Positions 1 through 11,073 are shown, counted from the stretch's first letter. The stretch: 64,000 nucleotides of DNA from an uncultured Clostridia bacterium (GCA_947053595.1 CAMRSX010000005.1:5212-69211); one strand, 5' to 3'. The notes: generated by a model from the letters alone, not told the origin. Translations and numbers: made by a program.

Positions 1-72
1 ACAAGCAAGGCTGTTGACGCGCTGATGAAGCTGGAGCTGCCTGCCGGTGTTGAGATTAACATCAAGCTGTAA
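1..72 (+). CDS. rpsJ: 30S ribosomal protein S10, 3' end only (starts upstream of window)
   Basis: In frame from base 1: ...VDALMKLELPAGVEINIKL*, a typical uS10 C-terminus. It lies directly upstream of rplC. Confidence 0.75.
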   Translation, partial: TSKAVDALMKLELPAGVEINIKL

Positions 73-86
73 GGGAGGGAAGAAAA

Positions 87-707
87 GTGAAAGCAATTTT
101 AGGTAAAAAACTTGGCATGACACAAGTCTTCACCGAAGACGGCTTGGTTATTCCAGTGACTGTTGTTGAGGCTGGCCCAATGACAGTTGTTCAGAAAAAA
201 ACAAAAGAAGTTGATGGCTATGAAACTTATGTTTGCGCCTTCGACAAGAAAAAGAAAAATGTCACAAAACCTGAAAAAGGAATTTTTGACAAAGCAAAGA
301 CAGAACCTTGTAAAGTGCTGAGAGAACTTGCTCTTGACGGAGAGTTGGAAGTTGGCGCTGTTGTGAAGGCGGATGTGTTTGCTGGTGGTGACAAAGTTGA
401 TGTTATGGGCATCACAAAGGGACATGGTTTTTCTGGTGTCATCAAAAGATGGAACCAACATCGCCTTAAGATGACTCACGGCACAGGCCCTGTTCACAGA
501 GAAGTGGGTTCTATGGGTGCAAACTCTTCTCCATCTCGAGTGTTTAAAAACAGACACATGGCTGGGCAATACGGAAACGAAAGAGTGACCATTCAAAACT
601 TGGAAATTGTTAAAGTCGATGTTGACAGAAACTTGCTTTTGATTAAGGGCAATGTTCCTGGAAATAAGGGGGCAATCCTCACAATCACACAGTCTGTTAA
701 GGCTTAA
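87..707 (+). CDS. rplC: 50S ribosomal protein L3
   Basis: GTG start after a GGGAGGGA SD. MKAILGKKLGMTQVF...GHGFSGVIKRWN is the uL3 signature. Confidence 0.97.
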   Translation: MKAILGKKLGMTQVFTEDGLVIPVTVVEAGPMTVVQKKTKEVDGYETYVCAFDKKKKNVTKPEKGIFDKAKTEPCKVLRELALDGELEVGAVVKADVFAGGDKVDVMGITKGHGFSGVIKRWNQHRLKMTHGTGPVHREVGSMGANSSPSRVFKNRHMAGQYGNERVTIQNLEIVKVDVDRNLLLIKGNVPGNKGAILTITQSVKA

Positions 708-721
708 GAAGGAGAAAGAAA

Positions 722-1345
722 ATGGCAAAGGTTAAAGTTTTCAATATGAAAGCCGAAGAAGTTGGGTCAATTGCACTTAATGACGACATTTTCGGTGTGG
801 AATATAACGAACCTCTCATTCACCAGACAATTGTTGCTTACAATGCCAATCAAAGACAAGGCAACAAAAGCACATTGACAAGAAGTGAAGTTAGAGGACA
901 TGCTGCAAAGCCTCACAGACAAAAAGGCACAGGCATGGCAAGACAGGGCTCAACAAAAGGCCCACATTTCACAGGCGGTGGAGTTGTGTTTGCTCCAAAG
1001 CCAAGAGACTTTTCAAAGAAAGTCAACAAAGTTGCAAAGAGAACAGCGCTGCTTTCAGCACTCAGCCAAAAGCTTGCAGACAAAGAAATCACTATTTTGG
1101 ACAAGTTTGAAATTGCTTCTGCAAAAACTAAGGATGCAAAAAACTTCCTTGATGCATTTAAGTTTGCTGGCTCGGTTTTGGTGGTTGGCTCCAACAACGG
1201 CGACGCTGAAATCAAGGCTGTAAGAAACATTCAGGGGCTCAACATTGTTTCAATTGAACTTTTGAACACTTATGATGTTGTTGCAAACAAGAATGTTGTT
1301 CTCACAAAAGAAGCAATCAAATACTTAGAGGAGGCAGCAGAGTAA
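722..1345 (+). CDS. rplD: 50S ribosomal protein L4
   Basis: Translation is uL4-like (GNKSTLTRSEVRGHAAKPHRQKGTGMARQGS). Operon position fits. Confidence 0.97.
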   Translation: MAKVKVFNMKAEEVGSIALNDDIFGVEYNEPLIHQTIVAYNANQRQGNKSTLTRSEVRGHAAKPHRQKGTGMARQGSTKGPHFTGGGVVFAPKPRDFSKKVNKVAKRTALLSALSQKLADKEITILDKFEIASAKTKDAKNFLDAFKFAGSVLVVGSNNGDAEIKAVRNIQGLNIVSIELLNTYDVVANKNVVLTKEAIKYLEEAAE

Positions 1346-1647
1346 TGGAAGCAAATGAAATCATCATCAAACCAATCATAACTGAGAAGGGTTTAAGCGG
1401 TGTTCAAAACAAGGTATACAGCTTTGTTGTCAACAAAAATGCAAACAAAGTTGAAATTGCTCAGGCAGTTGAAACAATGTTTAATGTTGAAGTGGCAAAG
1501 GTTAACACTTTGATTGTGAAAGGACACAAAAAATCTCAAAACACAAAACAGGGAAGAACTGTTGGCAAAACAAGTGACATCAAAAAAGCTGTTGTCACAT
1601 TGACAGAAAAATCCAAGCCAATCGCATTCTTCGAAAGTTTGTCATAA
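1345..1647 (+). CDS. rplW: 50S ribosomal protein L23
   Basis: 100 aa and uL23-like ([10 protein letters not shown]...YSFVV). The start overlaps the rplD stop. Confidence 0.95.
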   Translation: MEANEIIIKPIITEKGLSGVQNKVYSFVVNKNANKVEIAQAVETMFNVEVAKVNTLIVKGHKKSQNTKQGRTVGKTSDIKKAVVTLTEKSKPIAFFESLS

Positions 1648-1658
1648 AGGAGAAGATT

Positions 1659-2486
1659 ATGGCTATTATGAAAAGTAAACCAGTGACAGCTGGAAGAAGA
1701 GCTTATTCAAAGTTGTCAACTGAAGAATTGACAGACAAAAAGCCTGAAAAATCTCTTCTTGCTGTAAGAAAAAAGCACGCTGGAAGAAATAATCAGGGCA
1801 GAATTACTGTTCGTCATCAGGGCGGCGGTAATAGAAAAAAATATCGCATCATTGATTTCAAACGCAACAAAGATGGCGTTCCTGCAAAAGTTGTTGCAAT
1901 TGAATATGACCCAAACAGAACATCATATATTGCACTTCTTTCTTATAAAGATGGTGAAAAAAGATATATCATCGCTCCTGTTGGGCTTAAAGTTGGCGAC
2001 ATTGTCATGAGCGGAAGTGGCGCCGAAATTAAAGTTGGAAACAACCTTCCACTTTCTGACATTCCTGTTGGCTCACTTATCCACAACGTTGAACTTGAGC
2101 CAAAGAAGGGTGGGCAACTTGCCCGCGCTGCCGGAGCTGAAATTCAGCTTGCAGCCAAAGAAGGAAAGTATGCAACCCTCAAAATGCCTTCAGGCGAAAT
2201 GAGAAAGGTTTTGCTTGTTTGTCGTGCAACACTTGGCACGGTTGGAAATCAAGACCACGAACTTGTTTCCCTTGGCAAGGCTGGAAGAAAAAGACATATG
2301 GGTGTTCGTCCAACCGTTCGCGGTGTTGTCATGAACCCTAACGACCACCCACACGGCGGTGGTGAAGGCAAGAGCCCAGTTGGTATGGCATCTCCTCAAA
2401 CACCTTGGGGCAAGCCAGCTCTTGGACTTAAAACCAGAAAAAAGAAAAGCAAATCTAACCGTTTGATGGTTAAGAGAGTAAATTAG
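1659..2486 (+). CDS. rplB: 50S ribosomal protein L2
   Basis: [16 protein letters not shown]...[15 protein letters not shown] motifs. Confidence 0.98.
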   Translation: MAIMKSKPVTAGRRAYSKLSTEELTDKKPEKSLLAVRKKHAGRNNQGRITVRHQGGGNRKKYRIIDFKRNKDGVPAKVVAIEYDPNRTSYIALLSYKDGEKRYIIAPVGLKVGDIVMSGSGAEIKVGNNLPLSDIPVGSLIHNVELEPKKGGQLARAAGAEIQLAAKEGKYATLKMPSGEMRKVLLVCRATLGTVGNQDHELVSLGKAGRKRHMGVRPTVRGVVMNPNDHPHGGGEGKSPVGMASPQTPWGKPALGLKTRKKKSKSNRLMVKRVN

Positions 2487-2496
2487 GAGGCTTAGG

Positions 2497-2775
2497 ATGA
2501 GTAAAGAAAGAAAAATGCCTTATGTCAGCCCAAAACTTATGAAAAAGGTGGAGGCTATGGCAGAAAGTGGCGTTAAAAAGCCAATCAAAACTTGGTCAAG
2601 AAGGTCAACAATTTATCCTGAGTTTGTGGGTTTCACATTTGCTGTTCACAACGGAAAGAAACACATCCCAGTTTATGTGACTGCAGACATGGTTGGTCAT
2701 AAACTTGGAGAATTTTCATTAACTCGAACCTTCAAAGGACACGCGGGTCAAAAACAAGCCGCAAAAAGGAAATGA
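2497..2775 (+). CDS. rpsS: 30S ribosomal protein S19
   Basis: [31 protein letters not shown]. Confidence 0.97.
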   Translation: MSKERKMPYVSPKLMKKVEAMAESGVKKPIKTWSRRSTIYPEFVGFTFAVHNGKKHIPVYVTADMVGHKLGEFSLTRTFKGHAGQKQAAKRK

Positions 2776-2783
2776 GGTGAAGT

Positions 2784-3182
2784 ATGGCTACAAGAATTAA
2801 ACAAAAAGCAGAAAGAAGAAAAGCAAATGCTGACAAACGCCCTTTTGCGATTGCCAAGGGCATTCGCATGAGCAGTTCAAAAGTGAGAATTGTGCTTGAC
2901 CAAATCAGAGGCAAAAAAGCAAACGAAGCTGTGGCAATTCTTTCATATATGCCACAAGCTGGCGCAGCTGAAAGCTTGAAGGTGCTTAAAAGTGCCATTG
3001 CAAACGCAGAAAACAACAAAGGGCTTTCATCTGACAACCTTGTTGTTGCAGAATGCTTCTCCACTCCTGGCCCAATGATGAGAAGGGTTAAGTTTAGAGG
3101 AAGAGGCAGAGTTGACAACAGAGTATTGAAAAGAACTTGTCATATTACAGTTATCCTTGACGAGTTGAAGGAGGCAAAATAA
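2784..3182 (+). CDS. rplV: 50S ribosomal protein L22
   Basis: uL22-like (RMSSSKVRIVLDQIRGK...). Operon position fits. Confidence 0.96.
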   Translation: MATRIKQKAERRKANADKRPFAIAKGIRMSSSKVRIVLDQIRGKKANEAVAILSYMPQAGAAESLKVLKSAIANAENNKGLSSDNLVVAECFSTPGPMMRRVKFRGRGRVDNRVLKRTCHITVILDELKEAK

Positions 3183-3859
3183 TGGGACAGAAAGTTAATC
3201 CTTATGGACTTAGACTTGGTGTCAATAAAGATTGGCAATCAACTTGGTATGCAAACAAACAAGATTTTGCCGCAAACCTCAAAGAGGACCATGACATCAG
3301 AACATATTTCAACAAAAAACATGCAAACGCTGGTGTTTCAAAAGTTGAAATTAAAAGAACGGAAAACAAACTTGAAGTTGACATTCACACTGGCAAACCG
3401 GGCATGATTATTGGCCAAAAAGGTGCCGGAATTGAGGCAATTAAGAAGGATTTGAACAAAATTGTTCGCCCTGTTAAGAACCTTGTTTTGAATGTTAAAG
3501 AAGTTAAAAAACCAGACCTTGATGCTCGCCTTGTGGCAGATTCAATTGCTCAACAACTTGAAAAGCGCATTGCTTGGAGAAGAGCGTTGAAGCAGGCCAT
3601 TCAGAGAGTTATGAAAGCAGGCGCAAAGGGCTGCAAAGTGCAGGTTAGCGGCGTTATTGACGGCGCAAACACCATTGGAAGAACGGAAAAATATATGGAA
3701 GGCTCTTTGCCTCTTCACACAATCCGCGCTGATATTGACTATGCAGAAACAGCTGCTTACACAAACTATGGAAAACTTGGCATCAAATGTTGGATTTATA
3801 AAGGCGAAATTTTGTCTAAAAACTCTATGAAGGAGGAAAAGAACAATGTTAATGCCTAA
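3182..3859 (+). CDS. rpsC: 30S ribosomal protein S3
   Basis: [20 protein letters not shown]..., KH domain [12 protein letters not shown]. Confidence 0.97.
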   Translation: MGQKVNPYGLRLGVNKDWQSTWYANKQDFAANLKEDHDIRTYFNKKHANAGVSKVEIKRTENKLEVDIHTGKPGMIIGQKGAGIEAIKKDLNKIVRPVKNLVLNVKEVKKPDLDARLVADSIAQQLEKRIAWRRALKQAIQRVMKAGAKGCKVQVSGVIDGANTIGRTEKYMEGSLPLHTIRADIDYAETAAYTNYGKLGIKCWIYKGEILSKNSMKEEKNNVNA

Positions 3860-4286
3860 AAGAGTGAAAAGAAGAAAGGTGATGCGTGGAAGAATGACTG
3901 GCAAAGCAACCCGTGGCAACACTCTTGCCTATGGCAGCTTTGGCATCATTGCAACCGAGCCATGCTGGATTAAGTCAAATCAAATTGAGGCTGCTCGTAT
4001 TGCGCTGACGCGTTACATCAAGAGAGGCGGAAAAGTTTGGATTAAAATTTTCCCAGACAAGCCTGTCACAAAGAAACCTGCTGAAACCAGAATGGGTTCA
4101 GGTAAGGGAAACCCAGAATTTTGGGTTGCAGTTGTAAAGCCAGGCAGAGTGCTGTTTGAAATTGAAGGCGTTTCAGAAGAAATTGCCAGAGAAGCTCTCA
4201 GACTTGCTGGACACAAACTTCCTTGCAAAACAAAATTTGTGAAGAAAGAAGAAAAGACAGAAGGTGGTGAGAAGAATGAAGAATGA
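3846..4286 (+). CDS. rplP: 50S ribosomal protein L16
   Basis: [17 protein letters not shown]...[20 protein letters not shown]. Confidence 0.97.
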   Translation: MLMPKRVKRRKVMRGRMTGKATRGNTLAYGSFGIIATEPCWIKSNQIEAARIALTRYIKRGGKVWIKIFPDKPVTKKPAETRMGSGKGNPEFWVAVVKPGRVLFEIEGVSEEIAREALRLAGHKLPCKTKFVKKEEKTEGGEKNEE

Positions 4287-4488
4287 AGAAATCAAAGCTC
4301 TCAATCTTGAACAGTTGGACGCAAGACTTAAAGAGTTGAAAACAGAACTTTTTAATCTTCGTTTTTCACACGCAACAAGAAATTTGGCAAATCCTCTTGC
4401 AATCAGAAATGTAAGAAAAGAAATTGCCAGAGTGCAAACTGCAATCAGAGAAAAAGCAAACGGAGGAAACAACGATGGAAAGAAATAA
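4276..4488 (+). CDS. rpmC: 50S ribosomal protein L29
   Basis: [33 protein letters not shown] at 4276 is preferred over GTG at 4264 because GGTGGTGAG lies 5 nt upstream. Confidence 0.92.
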   Translation: MKNEEIKALNLEQLDARLKELKTELFNLRFSHATRNLANPLAIRNVRKEIARVQTAIREKANGGNNDGKK

Positions 4489-4729
4489 GAGAAACACAAG
4501 AACTGGCGAAGTTGTAAGTGCCAGCATGGACAAAACTGTCGTTGTTGCGGTAACTTACAGAGTTAAATCTCCAAAAATCGGAAAAGTCGTAAAGAAATCA
4601 AAGAAATTTAAAGCACACGATGAAAACAATGAGTGCGGAGTTGGCGATACAGTCCTCATCATGGAAACTCGCCCAATTTCAAAGGACAAATATCACAGAG
4701 TTGTTAAAATCGTTGAAAAGGCTAAGTAA
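4475..4729 (+). CDS. rpsQ: 30S ribosomal protein S17
   Basis: [24 protein letters not shown]...; GGAGGA SD at 4462. The listed ORF start at 4424 lies inside rpmC. Confidence 0.95.
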   Translation: MERNKRNTRTGEVVSASMDKTVVVAVTYRVKSPKIGKVVKKSKKFKAHDENNECGVGDTVLIMETRPISKDKYHRVVKIVEKAK

Positions 4730-4743
4730 GGAAGGTGTGAATT

Positions 4744-5112
4744 ATGGTACAACCTCAAACAAGACTTAAAGTTGCTGATAACACAGGCGCAAAAGAACTT
4801 ATGTGCATCAGAGTTCTTGGCGGTTCTTTCAGAAGAAGTGGAAACATTGGCGACATTATTGTTGCATCTGTCAAAAAGGCAATTCCTGGCGGCAGTGTAA
4901 AGAAAGGTGATGTTGTGAAGGCTGTTGTTGTGAGAACAACAAAAGGTTTGAACAGAAACGATGGTTCACACATTCGTTTTGACGACAACGCAGCTGTCAT
5001 CATCGACAATCAAAAACAGCCAAAAGGCACTCGTGTGTTTGGACCAGTTGCAAGAGAGCTTCGTGACAAAAACTTCATGAAAATCATCTCTCTGGCATCC
5101 GAAGTTGTTTAA
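4744..5112 (+). CDS. rplN: 50S ribosomal protein L14
   Basis: [27 protein letters not shown]. Confidence 0.98.
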   Translation: MVQPQTRLKVADNTGAKELMCIRVLGGSFRRSGNIGDIIVASVKKAIPGGSVKKGDVVKAVVVRTTKGLNRNDGSHIRFDDNAAVIIDNQKQPKGTRVFGPVARELRDKNFMKIISLASEVV

Positions 5113-5126
5113 AAGGAGAAAGCGAA

Positions 5127-5735
5127 ATGAGTATGACAGTTAAAAAAGGCGACAACGTTGTTGTTATTGCCGGAAAAGATAAAGGAAAAACTGGCAAAGT
5201 GCAAGAAGTTTTCCCAGAAAGCAACCGAGTTTTGGTGGAAGGCATCAACATTGTGACAAAACACAAAAAAGCAAGAAGCCAACAAGAAAAAAGTGCAAAA
5301 GTTAAGATGAACGCTCCTATTGATGCTTCAAACGTTATGGTGGTTTGCCCATCTTGCGGCAAAGCAACCAGAGTTTATCACAAAGTGATTGACGGCAAAA
5401 AAGTGAGAGTTTGCAAATGCGGCGTCAGCCTGGACAAAGCATATGTTAAGGCAACCAAAAAGGACGCAAAAAAGACAAAAACTGAATCTTCTGTGAAGGA
5501 AGAAAAAGTTGAAGTTGCAGCACCAAAAACTGCAAAAACCACCGAAAAAGTGGCAAAAAGCACTGAAAAAACAGTGAAAACTGCTGCCAAAACAGAAAAA
5601 GCGCCTGCAAAGGCAACTGAAAAGACAGCTGTGCCTGCTGCAAAATCTGCGGCTGGCAAAACAACAAAAACAACAAGTGGAGAAAAGTCCACAACACAAA
5701 AGTCGAACAAACAAACTTCTAAGAAAGATGCTTAA
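5127..5735 (+). CDS. rplX: 50S ribosomal protein L24 with a Cys4 motif and a long basic low-complexity C-terminal extension
   Basis: N-terminal KOW core [20 protein letters not shown]. 202 aa uninterrupted; the tail from about aa 108 is K/A/T/E-rich. Confidence 0.9.
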   Translation: MSMTVKKGDNVVVIAGKDKGKTGKVQEVFPESNRVLVEGINIVTKHKKARSQQEKSAKVKMNAPIDASNVMVVCPSCGKATRVYHKVIDGKKVRVCKCGVSLDKAYVKATKKDAKKTKTESSVKEEKVEVAAPKTAKTTEKVAKSTEKTVKTAAKTEKAPAKATEKTAVPAAKSAAGKTTKTTSGEKSTTQKSNKQTSKKDA

Positions 5736-5746
5736 GGAGGCTGCAA

Positions 5747-6295
5747 ATGAAAGAACAAAACCAAACAGCAAAGCGTTATAAGGAAGAAGTTGTTCCTGCT
5801 CTTATTAAGGAATTTGGATATAAAAATGTCAATGAAGCTCCAAAGCTTGTTAAGATTGTTCTCAATATGGGGCTTGGCGATGTTAAAGACAATTCAAAAA
5901 GCTTCAACATTGCAGTTGACGAACTTGCTTTGATTGCAGGTCAGAAGCCTGTCACAACCAAAGCCAAGAAGGCAATTTCCAACTTTAAGGTGAGAGCCGG
6001 AATGAAAATTGGCGCTAAGGTTACACTTCGTGGAACAAGAATGTATGAGTTTTTTGACAGACTTGTTGGCATTGCACTTCCAAGAGTGAGAGACTTCCGT
6101 GGAATTTCAGACAAATCTTTTGACGGCCGTGGAAACTATTCTATGGGCATCAAAGAGCAACTCATCTTCCCAGAAATCTCTTATGACAAGGTTGAAAAAA
6201 TTAGAGGGCTTGATGTATCTTTTATTACCACTGCAAAAACTGATGCAGAGGCAAAAGCACTTTTGAAGGCACTTGGCTTGCCTTTTGCTAGATAA
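5747..6295 (+). CDS. rplE: 50S ribosomal protein L5
   Basis: uL5-like ([14 protein letters not shown]...[14 protein letters not shown]). Confidence 0.97.
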   Translation: MKEQNQTAKRYKEEVVPALIKEFGYKNVNEAPKLVKIVLNMGLGDVKDNSKSFNIAVDELALIAGQKPVTTKAKKAISNFKVRAGMKIGAKVTLRGTRMYEFFDRLVGIALPRVRDFRGISDKSFDGRGNYSMGIKEQLIFPEISYDKVEKIRGLDVSFITTAKTDAEAKALLKALGLPFAR

Positions 6296-6309
6296 GGAGG
6301 AACACAGTT

Positions 6310-6495
6310 ATGGCAAAAAAATCATTGATTGCAAAACAAAAAAGAGAACCTAAGTTTAAATCAAGGGGCTACAGCCGTTGCTCCATCTGTGGCAGACCTC
6401 ACGCAGTGCTGAGAAAGTACGGAATTTGCAGAATTTGTTTCAGAGAAATGGCTAATCGCGGGGAAATTCCTGGCGTGAAAAAGTCAAGTTGGTAA
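6310..6495 (+). CDS. rpsN: 30S ribosomal protein S14, short zinc-binding (type Z) form
   Basis: 61 aa with [23 protein letters not shown] (CxxC...CxxC). Confidence 0.96.
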   Translation: MAKKSLIAKQKREPKFKSRGYSRCSICGRPHAVLRKYGICRICFREMANRGEIPGVKKSSW

Positions 6496-6505
6496 GGAGG
6501 GAATT

Positions 6506-6904
6506 ATGTTTGTTACAGACCCAATCGCAGATATGTTGACGCGTCTTCGCAATGCAATCTCAGCAAAGCACAAGACTGTTGAAATTCCTGCATCAAAGGA
6601 AAAATTAGAAATCACAAAAATCCTTTTGGAAGAAGGTTACATTGCAGAATATAAACTTGTTGACGCTGGAAAGTTTAAGAACATTGAAATTTCCATCAAA
6701 TATGACGAGGAAGGACAAAGTGTCATCCAAGGTTTGAAAAGAATTTCAAAACCTGGTCTTCGCATTTATTCTGAAAAAGAAAATCTTCCAAAAGTTATAA
6801 GCGGGCTTGGAATTGCCATCATCTCAACAAACAAAGGCATTGTAACTGACAAAGTTGCACGTTCTTTGAATGTTGGTGGCGAAGTTCTCGCTTATGTATG
6901 GTAA
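6506..6904 (+). CDS. rpsH: 30S ribosomal protein S8
   Basis: [13 protein letters not shown]...GGEVLAYVW. Confidence 0.97.
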   Translation: MFVTDPIADMLTRLRNAISAKHKTVEIPASKEKLEITKILLEEGYIAEYKLVDAGKFKNIEISIKYDEEGQSVIQGLKRISKPGLRIYSEKENLPKVISGLGIAIISTNKGIVTDKVARSLNVGGEVLAYVW

Positions 6905-6915
6905 GGAGGGCGGAC

Positions 6916-7458
6916 ATGTCAAGAATAGGAAATAAACCAATCAAACTTGAAGCAGGCGTCACTTTTGAAAGAAATGGCGACGAAATCACAGTCAGTGGCC
7001 CAAAGGGAACACTTAAAGAAATCGTTGACAAAAACATTAAAACTGAAGTTAAAAACGGAGAAATTCACTTCACTTTTGACAAGCCAGAGTTCAACGCAAA
7101 ACAAGGGCTTGCAAGAGCGCTTACAAACAACATGGTTGTTGGCGTAACCAAAGGCTGGGAAAAGAAGGTTGTGATTGCTGGTGTCGGCTATAAGGCACAA
7201 GTGAGCGGAAACAAACTTGTTTTAAACCTTGGATATTCTCATCCAATTGAAGTGGAAATTCCATCTGATTTGAAAGTTACATGCACTTCCGTTACAGAAA
7301 TTCTTGTAAGCGGAATTGACAAACAAAAAGTCGGACAATTCTGTGCCATCATCAGGACAAAAAGACCTTATGAGCCATATCACGGCTATGGTGTTCACGT
7401 TGACGGTGAACACTTGGTTAGAAAAGCTGGTAAGGCTGCTGGCAAAGGCAAGAAGTAG
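6916..7458 (+). CDS. rplF: 50S ribosomal protein L6
   Basis: [15 protein letters not shown]...; AGGAGG SD upstream of 6916. The listed ORF start at 6898 overlaps rpsH. Confidence 0.96.
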   Translation: MSRIGNKPIKLEAGVTFERNGDEITVSGPKGTLKEIVDKNIKTEVKNGEIHFTFDKPEFNAKQGLARALTNNMVVGVTKGWEKKVVIAGVGYKAQVSGNKLVLNLGYSHPIEVEIPSDLKVTCTSVTEILVSGIDKQKVGQFCAIIRTKRPYEPYHGYGVHVDGEHLVRKAGKAAGKGKK

Positions 7459-7469
7459 GAGGAAAGATA

Positions 7470-7838
7470 ATGATTACTGTTAGAGATAAAAACAAAGACA
7501 GAGTTATTCGTCACAAGAGAGTTAGAAAAACAGTTGTTGGAACTGCACAAAGACCAAGATTCTGTGTCAACAGAAGCCTTGTCAACATCTATGTTCAAGT
7601 GATTGACGACTCTAAGGGTGTGACACTTGTTTCTGCTTCCACTCTTGAAAAAGAAATTGCTGCAAAAGTTGCTGGCAAAACCAAAACCGAAGCTGCAAGA
7701 ATTGTTGGTGAAATTGCTGGAAAGCGTGCGGTTGAAAAGAAAATCAAAGAAGTTGTTTTTGACAGAGGTGGTTATCTTTACACAGGCCGCGTTCAAGCAG
7801 TTGCTGATGGTGCAAGAGCATCAGGGCTGAAATTTTAG
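7470..7838 (+). CDS. rplR: 50S ribosomal protein L18
   Basis: [23 protein letters not shown]...[20 protein letters not shown]. Confidence 0.96.
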   Translation: MITVRDKNKDRVIRHKRVRKTVVGTAQRPRFCVNRSLVNIYVQVIDDSKGVTLVSASTLEKEIAAKVAGKTKTEAARIVGEIAGKRAVEKKIKEVVFDRGGYLYTGRVQAVADGARASGLKF

Positions 7839-7847
7839 GAGGACAAA

Positions 7848-8396
7848 ATGGCTGAAGAAATTAAAAAGAAAAGAGAAGATAAGCCAAACAACAATCGTCG
7901 TGAAAGACCTGTCAAGAAAGAAGACGATGGTCTTGACAAAAGACTTGTTAAGGTTAGACGCGTAACCAAGGTTGTTAAGGGCGGTCGCACCATGCGTTTC
8001 TCCGCACTTGTTGTTATTGGTGACGGCAAAGGCAATGTTGGAATGGGAATTGGAAAGGCTGGAGAAGTGCCAATTGCCATTGATAAGGCATCTGTTGCTG
8101 GAAAGAAAAATATGAAGAAAATTGCGCTTGTTGAAGGCACAATTCCTCATGAAATTGTTGGCAAATTTGGCACAACCGAAATTCTCATGCTGCCAGCTCC
8201 TGTTGGTCATGGAGTTATTGCCGGTGGTGCTGCCAGAGCTGTTTTGGAAGTTGCTGGTGTTAAAAACATCGTGACAAAAATTCATGGCTCAACCAACAGC
8301 ATCAACGTTGTCAAAGCAACCTTAAATGGGCTGTTCTCTTTGAAAACAAGAGAAGAAATTGCTGCACGTCGTGGCAAGAAGCCTGAGGAAATTTAA
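7848..8396 (+). CDS. rpsE: 30S ribosomal protein S5
   Basis: [32 protein letters not shown]. Confidence 0.96.
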   Translation: MAEEIKKKREDKPNNNRRERPVKKEDDGLDKRLVKVRRVTKVVKGGRTMRFSALVVIGDGKGNVGMGIGKAGEVPIAIDKASVAGKKNMKKIALVEGTIPHEIVGKFGTTEILMLPAPVGHGVIAGGAARAVLEVAGVKNIVTKIHGSTNSINVVKATLNGLFSLKTREEIAARRGKKPEEI

Positions 8397-8409
8397 TGGG
8401 AGGGCGACA

Positions 8410-8598
8410 ATGAAAAAAGATAAAACATTGAAAGTGACTTGGGTTAAGAGCGCGATTGGTTACAACAAAAACCAAATGAAAATTATTGAGGCTCTTGGCT
8501 TTAAGAAACTTAATCAAACAAGAATTCTGCCAGACAACGAAAGTGTTCGTGGAAGTTTGCACCATGTTGCACATCTCGTTGAAGTGGTTGAGGAGTGA
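8410..8598 (+). CDS. rpmD: 50S ribosomal protein L30
   Basis: MKKDKTLKVTWVKSAIGYNKNQMKIIEALGF. The ATG at 8410 follows the rpsE stop. Confidence 0.93.
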   Translation: MKKDKTLKVTWVKSAIGYNKNQMKIIEALGFKKLNQTRILPDNESVRGSLHHVAHLVEVVEE

Positions 8599-8607
8599 GG
8601 TGAAAAT

Positions 8608-9057
8608 ATGAGACTTGAAAATTTGAAACCTGCTGAAGGTTCAACCACAAAAAAAGTGAGAGTTGGTCGCGGAACTGGCTCTGGAATTGGCAAAACTTCT
8701 GGCAAGGGCCATAAGGGTCAAAATGCAAGAAGCGGCGGCGGTGTTAAGGCTGGATTTGAAGGCGGAAACATCCCAATGATTCGCAAAATTCCAATTCGCG
8801 GATTCAACAACAAAAACTTTAAGAAAGTGTATTCAACAGTCAATGTTAAAGACCTTGAAATTTTTGAGGCAAACACAGAAATCACCGAAGAACTTTTGTA
8901 TGAAACAAGAGTTGTTGGCAAAAGACAACCTTATGGTTTGAAAGTTTTGGGCGATGGCAACATCACAAAACCTCTCACCGTTAAAGCACAAAAGGCAACA
9001 AAAACTGCAATCGAAAAAATTGAGAAAGCAGGTGGAAAGGTTATCCTTGGCGAATAA
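8608..9057 (+). CDS. rplO: 50S ribosomal protein L15
   Basis: [33 protein letters not shown]. Confidence 0.96.
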   Translation: MRLENLKPAEGSTTKKVRVGRGTGSGIGKTSGKGHKGQNARSGGGVKAGFEGGNIPMIRKIPIRGFNNKNFKKVYSTVNVKDLEIFEANTEITEELLYETRVVGKRQPYGLKVLGDGNITKPLTVKAQKATKTAIEKIEKAGGKVILGE

Positions 9058-9094
9058 AACATTTTTATTCCCAAAAATTTGAGAGGAGTATTCT

Positions 9095-10393
9095 ATGTTT
9101 AAAACTCTGTTTAATGCCTTTAAAGTGAAAGATTTGAGAAAGAAAATTCTCATAACACTTGGACTTTTGATTTTGTTTAGAGTTGGCTGCGCTTTGGTTT
9201 GCCCCGGCTTTGATTTGTCTGGTGCAATTAAGGACAGCAATCAAGGAGGCACAACCTTCTTTGGACTTATGAACATGCTTTCCGGTGACGCACTTTCAAA
9301 CGGCTCAATTTTGGCACTTGGTGTTTCGCCTTACATCACGGCGTCCATAGTTATTCAACTTCTGACAGTTGCAATCCCTGCACTGGAGAGGTTGTCAAAA
9401 CAAGGCGAAGACGGAAGAAGAAAAATTCAATTCTACACCCGCATTGCCGCACTTGTGCTTGCGCTTGCGCAGGCTGTTGGAATTGTCATAAGCTTTAAAT
9501 CATACATCAACACAAACTTCTTGGGAATGCCTTTGTGGGTGATTGCAACAGGAATTGTGCTGATTTTGACAGCAGGCGGAATGTTCACCGTTTGGCTTGG
9601 CGAGAAAATCACTCAACTTGGAATTGGAAACGGCATGAGCCTTCTGATTTTTGTGGGAATTCTCTCATCTGCAACTTCTGGACTTGCTCGCGCAATTGGT
9701 CAAGTGAAAGACAACATCGAAAACCTTTGGATGATTATCATCTATTTGGTTGCACTTGTGCTTATCTTTGGGCTTATTGTGTTTATCGACAATTCAGAAA
9801 GACGCGTTGGCGTGAAATATGCCAAGCAAATCAAGGGCAGGAAAATGTATGGCGGACAGGACACATTCATTCCAATTAAGTTGAATGCGTCTGGCGTGAT
9901 GCCAATCATTTTTGCAACTTCCCTTCTGACATTGCCACAGCTTATCATGAGCATCTTCTGGCCAAATTCAAAAGCATTTTATTGGTATCAAACCTATATG
10001 GGCACCAGCTCTTGGGTTTACATTGTGCTTTTGGCAGCGTTGATTTTTGCATTTGCATTCTTCTACGCGCAAATCACATTTGACACAGAGGACATCTCAA
10101 GGCGTATGCAACAGCAGGGCGGTTTCATTCCGGGCATCAGACCGGGCAGAACAACTGCTGACTATTTGAAACGAATTTCTCACAGAGTGACACTCTTTGG
10201 TGCAGTGTTCTTGGCGTTTATTGCTTTGGTGCCATCTTTGGCGTTTAAGGCAATTGATGACTATACACTTGCAACCCTCATCAACGCATTCTCAACAACT
10301 GGTCTTATGATTATTGTATCGGTTGCGTTGGAATTTGACAAAAGTTTGAACGCTCAAATGCTTATGAGAAACTATAAAGGATTTTTAAATTGA
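9095..10393 (+). CDS. secY: preprotein translocase subunit SecY
   Basis: 432 aa, multi-TM, with GVSPYITASIVIQLL...GIGNGMSLLIF motifs. spc-operon position. Confidence 0.97.
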   Translation: MFKTLFNAFKVKDLRKKILITLGLLILFRVGCALVCPGFDLSGAIKDSNQGGTTFFGLMNMLSGDALSNGSILALGVSPYITASIVIQLLTVAIPALERLSKQGEDGRRKIQFYTRIAALVLALAQAVGIVISFKSYINTNFLGMPLWVIATGIVLILTAGGMFTVWLGEKITQLGIGNGMSLLIFVGILSSATSGLARAIGQVKDNIENLWMIIIYLVALVLIFGLIVFIDNSERRVGVKYAKQIKGRKMYGGQDTFIPIKLNASGVMPIIFATSLLTLPQLIMSIFWPNSKAFYWYQTYMGTSSWVYIVLLAALIFAFAFFYAQITFDTEDISRRMQQQGGFIPGIRPGRTTADYLKRISHRVTLFGAVFLAFIALVPSLAFKAIDDYTLATLINAFSTTGLMIIVSVALEFDKSLNAQMLMRNYKGFLN

Positions 10394-10452
10394 TGTGAGG
10401 CATCAATTTAAAAATTCATTAAAGTGCAAATTAAAAAAATTAAGGAGATTAT

Positions 10453-11073
10453 ATGAAATTAATCTTACTTGGTGCTCCATTTTCTGGAAAGGGGACGCTT
10501 GCAAGAAAAATTCAATCAGATTTTAATTTGGTACAAATTTCAACTGGCGACCTCTTTCGCGAAAATATTAAAAATGGAACTGAAGTTGGCAATTTGGCAA
10601 AGACATTCATAGACAAAGGGCAACTTGTTCCAGACAGCGTAACCATTTCAATGCTGAAGGCAAGAATTGCAAATGAGGATTGCAAAAATGGTTTCATTTT
10701 GGACGGCTTTCCAAGAACTGTGCAACAGGCAGAAGCTCTTGAAAATCTCACCAAAATTGACGCTGTGGTTTTGTTGGATGTTCCGTTTGATGAAATCAGA
10801 CGCAGAGCATTGGGAAGAAGGACATGTTCTAAGTGTGGTGAAATTTACAACACTTCTTCCTATGATAAGACAACCTGCTTAAAATGCGGGTCACCACTGT
10901 TCCAAAGAGATGACGATAATTTGGAAACAGTCAACAATCGTCTGGAAGTTTATGAAAGACAAACAGCACCACTCATAGACTTCTACGCTGATAGGTTGTT
11001 TGCTGTCAAGGGACAAGATAATCCCGAAGACACATACAAACCTGTGAAAAACTTTTTGGAAGGGAAGTTATGA
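10453..11073 (+). CDS. adk: adenylate kinase (Cys4 zinc lid)
   Basis: P-loop GAPFSGKGT. Lid CSKCGEIYN...CLKCGSPLFQRDDD. Confidence 0.96.
   Translation: MKLILLGAPFSGKGTLARKIQSDFNLVQISTGDLFRENIKNGTEVGNLAKTFIDKGQLVPDSVTISMLKARIANEDCKNGFILDGFPRTVQQAEALENLTKIDAVVLLDVPFDEIRRRALGRRTCSKCGEIYNTSSYDKTTCLKCGSPLFQRDDDNLETVNNRLEVYERQTAPLIDFYADRLFAVKGQDNPEDTYKPVKNFLEGKL

Noticed and set aside
99-728. 209-aa minus-strand ORF, with many similar 60-130-aa antisense or alternate-frame ORFs across 1-15.9 kb
   Set aside because: It lies entirely antisense to rplC. The composition is skewed (F/C/S/L/N-rich) and there is no SD. The plus-strand frames give textbook ribosomal proteins, so these are shadow ORFs.
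5445-5735. Idea that the uL24 tail is a separate gene or a fusion with a neighbouring ORF
   Set aside because: There is no stop codon or internal SD/start at the junction. rplE begins after the stop with its own SD. It is retained as a genuine C-terminal extension pending read-level verification.
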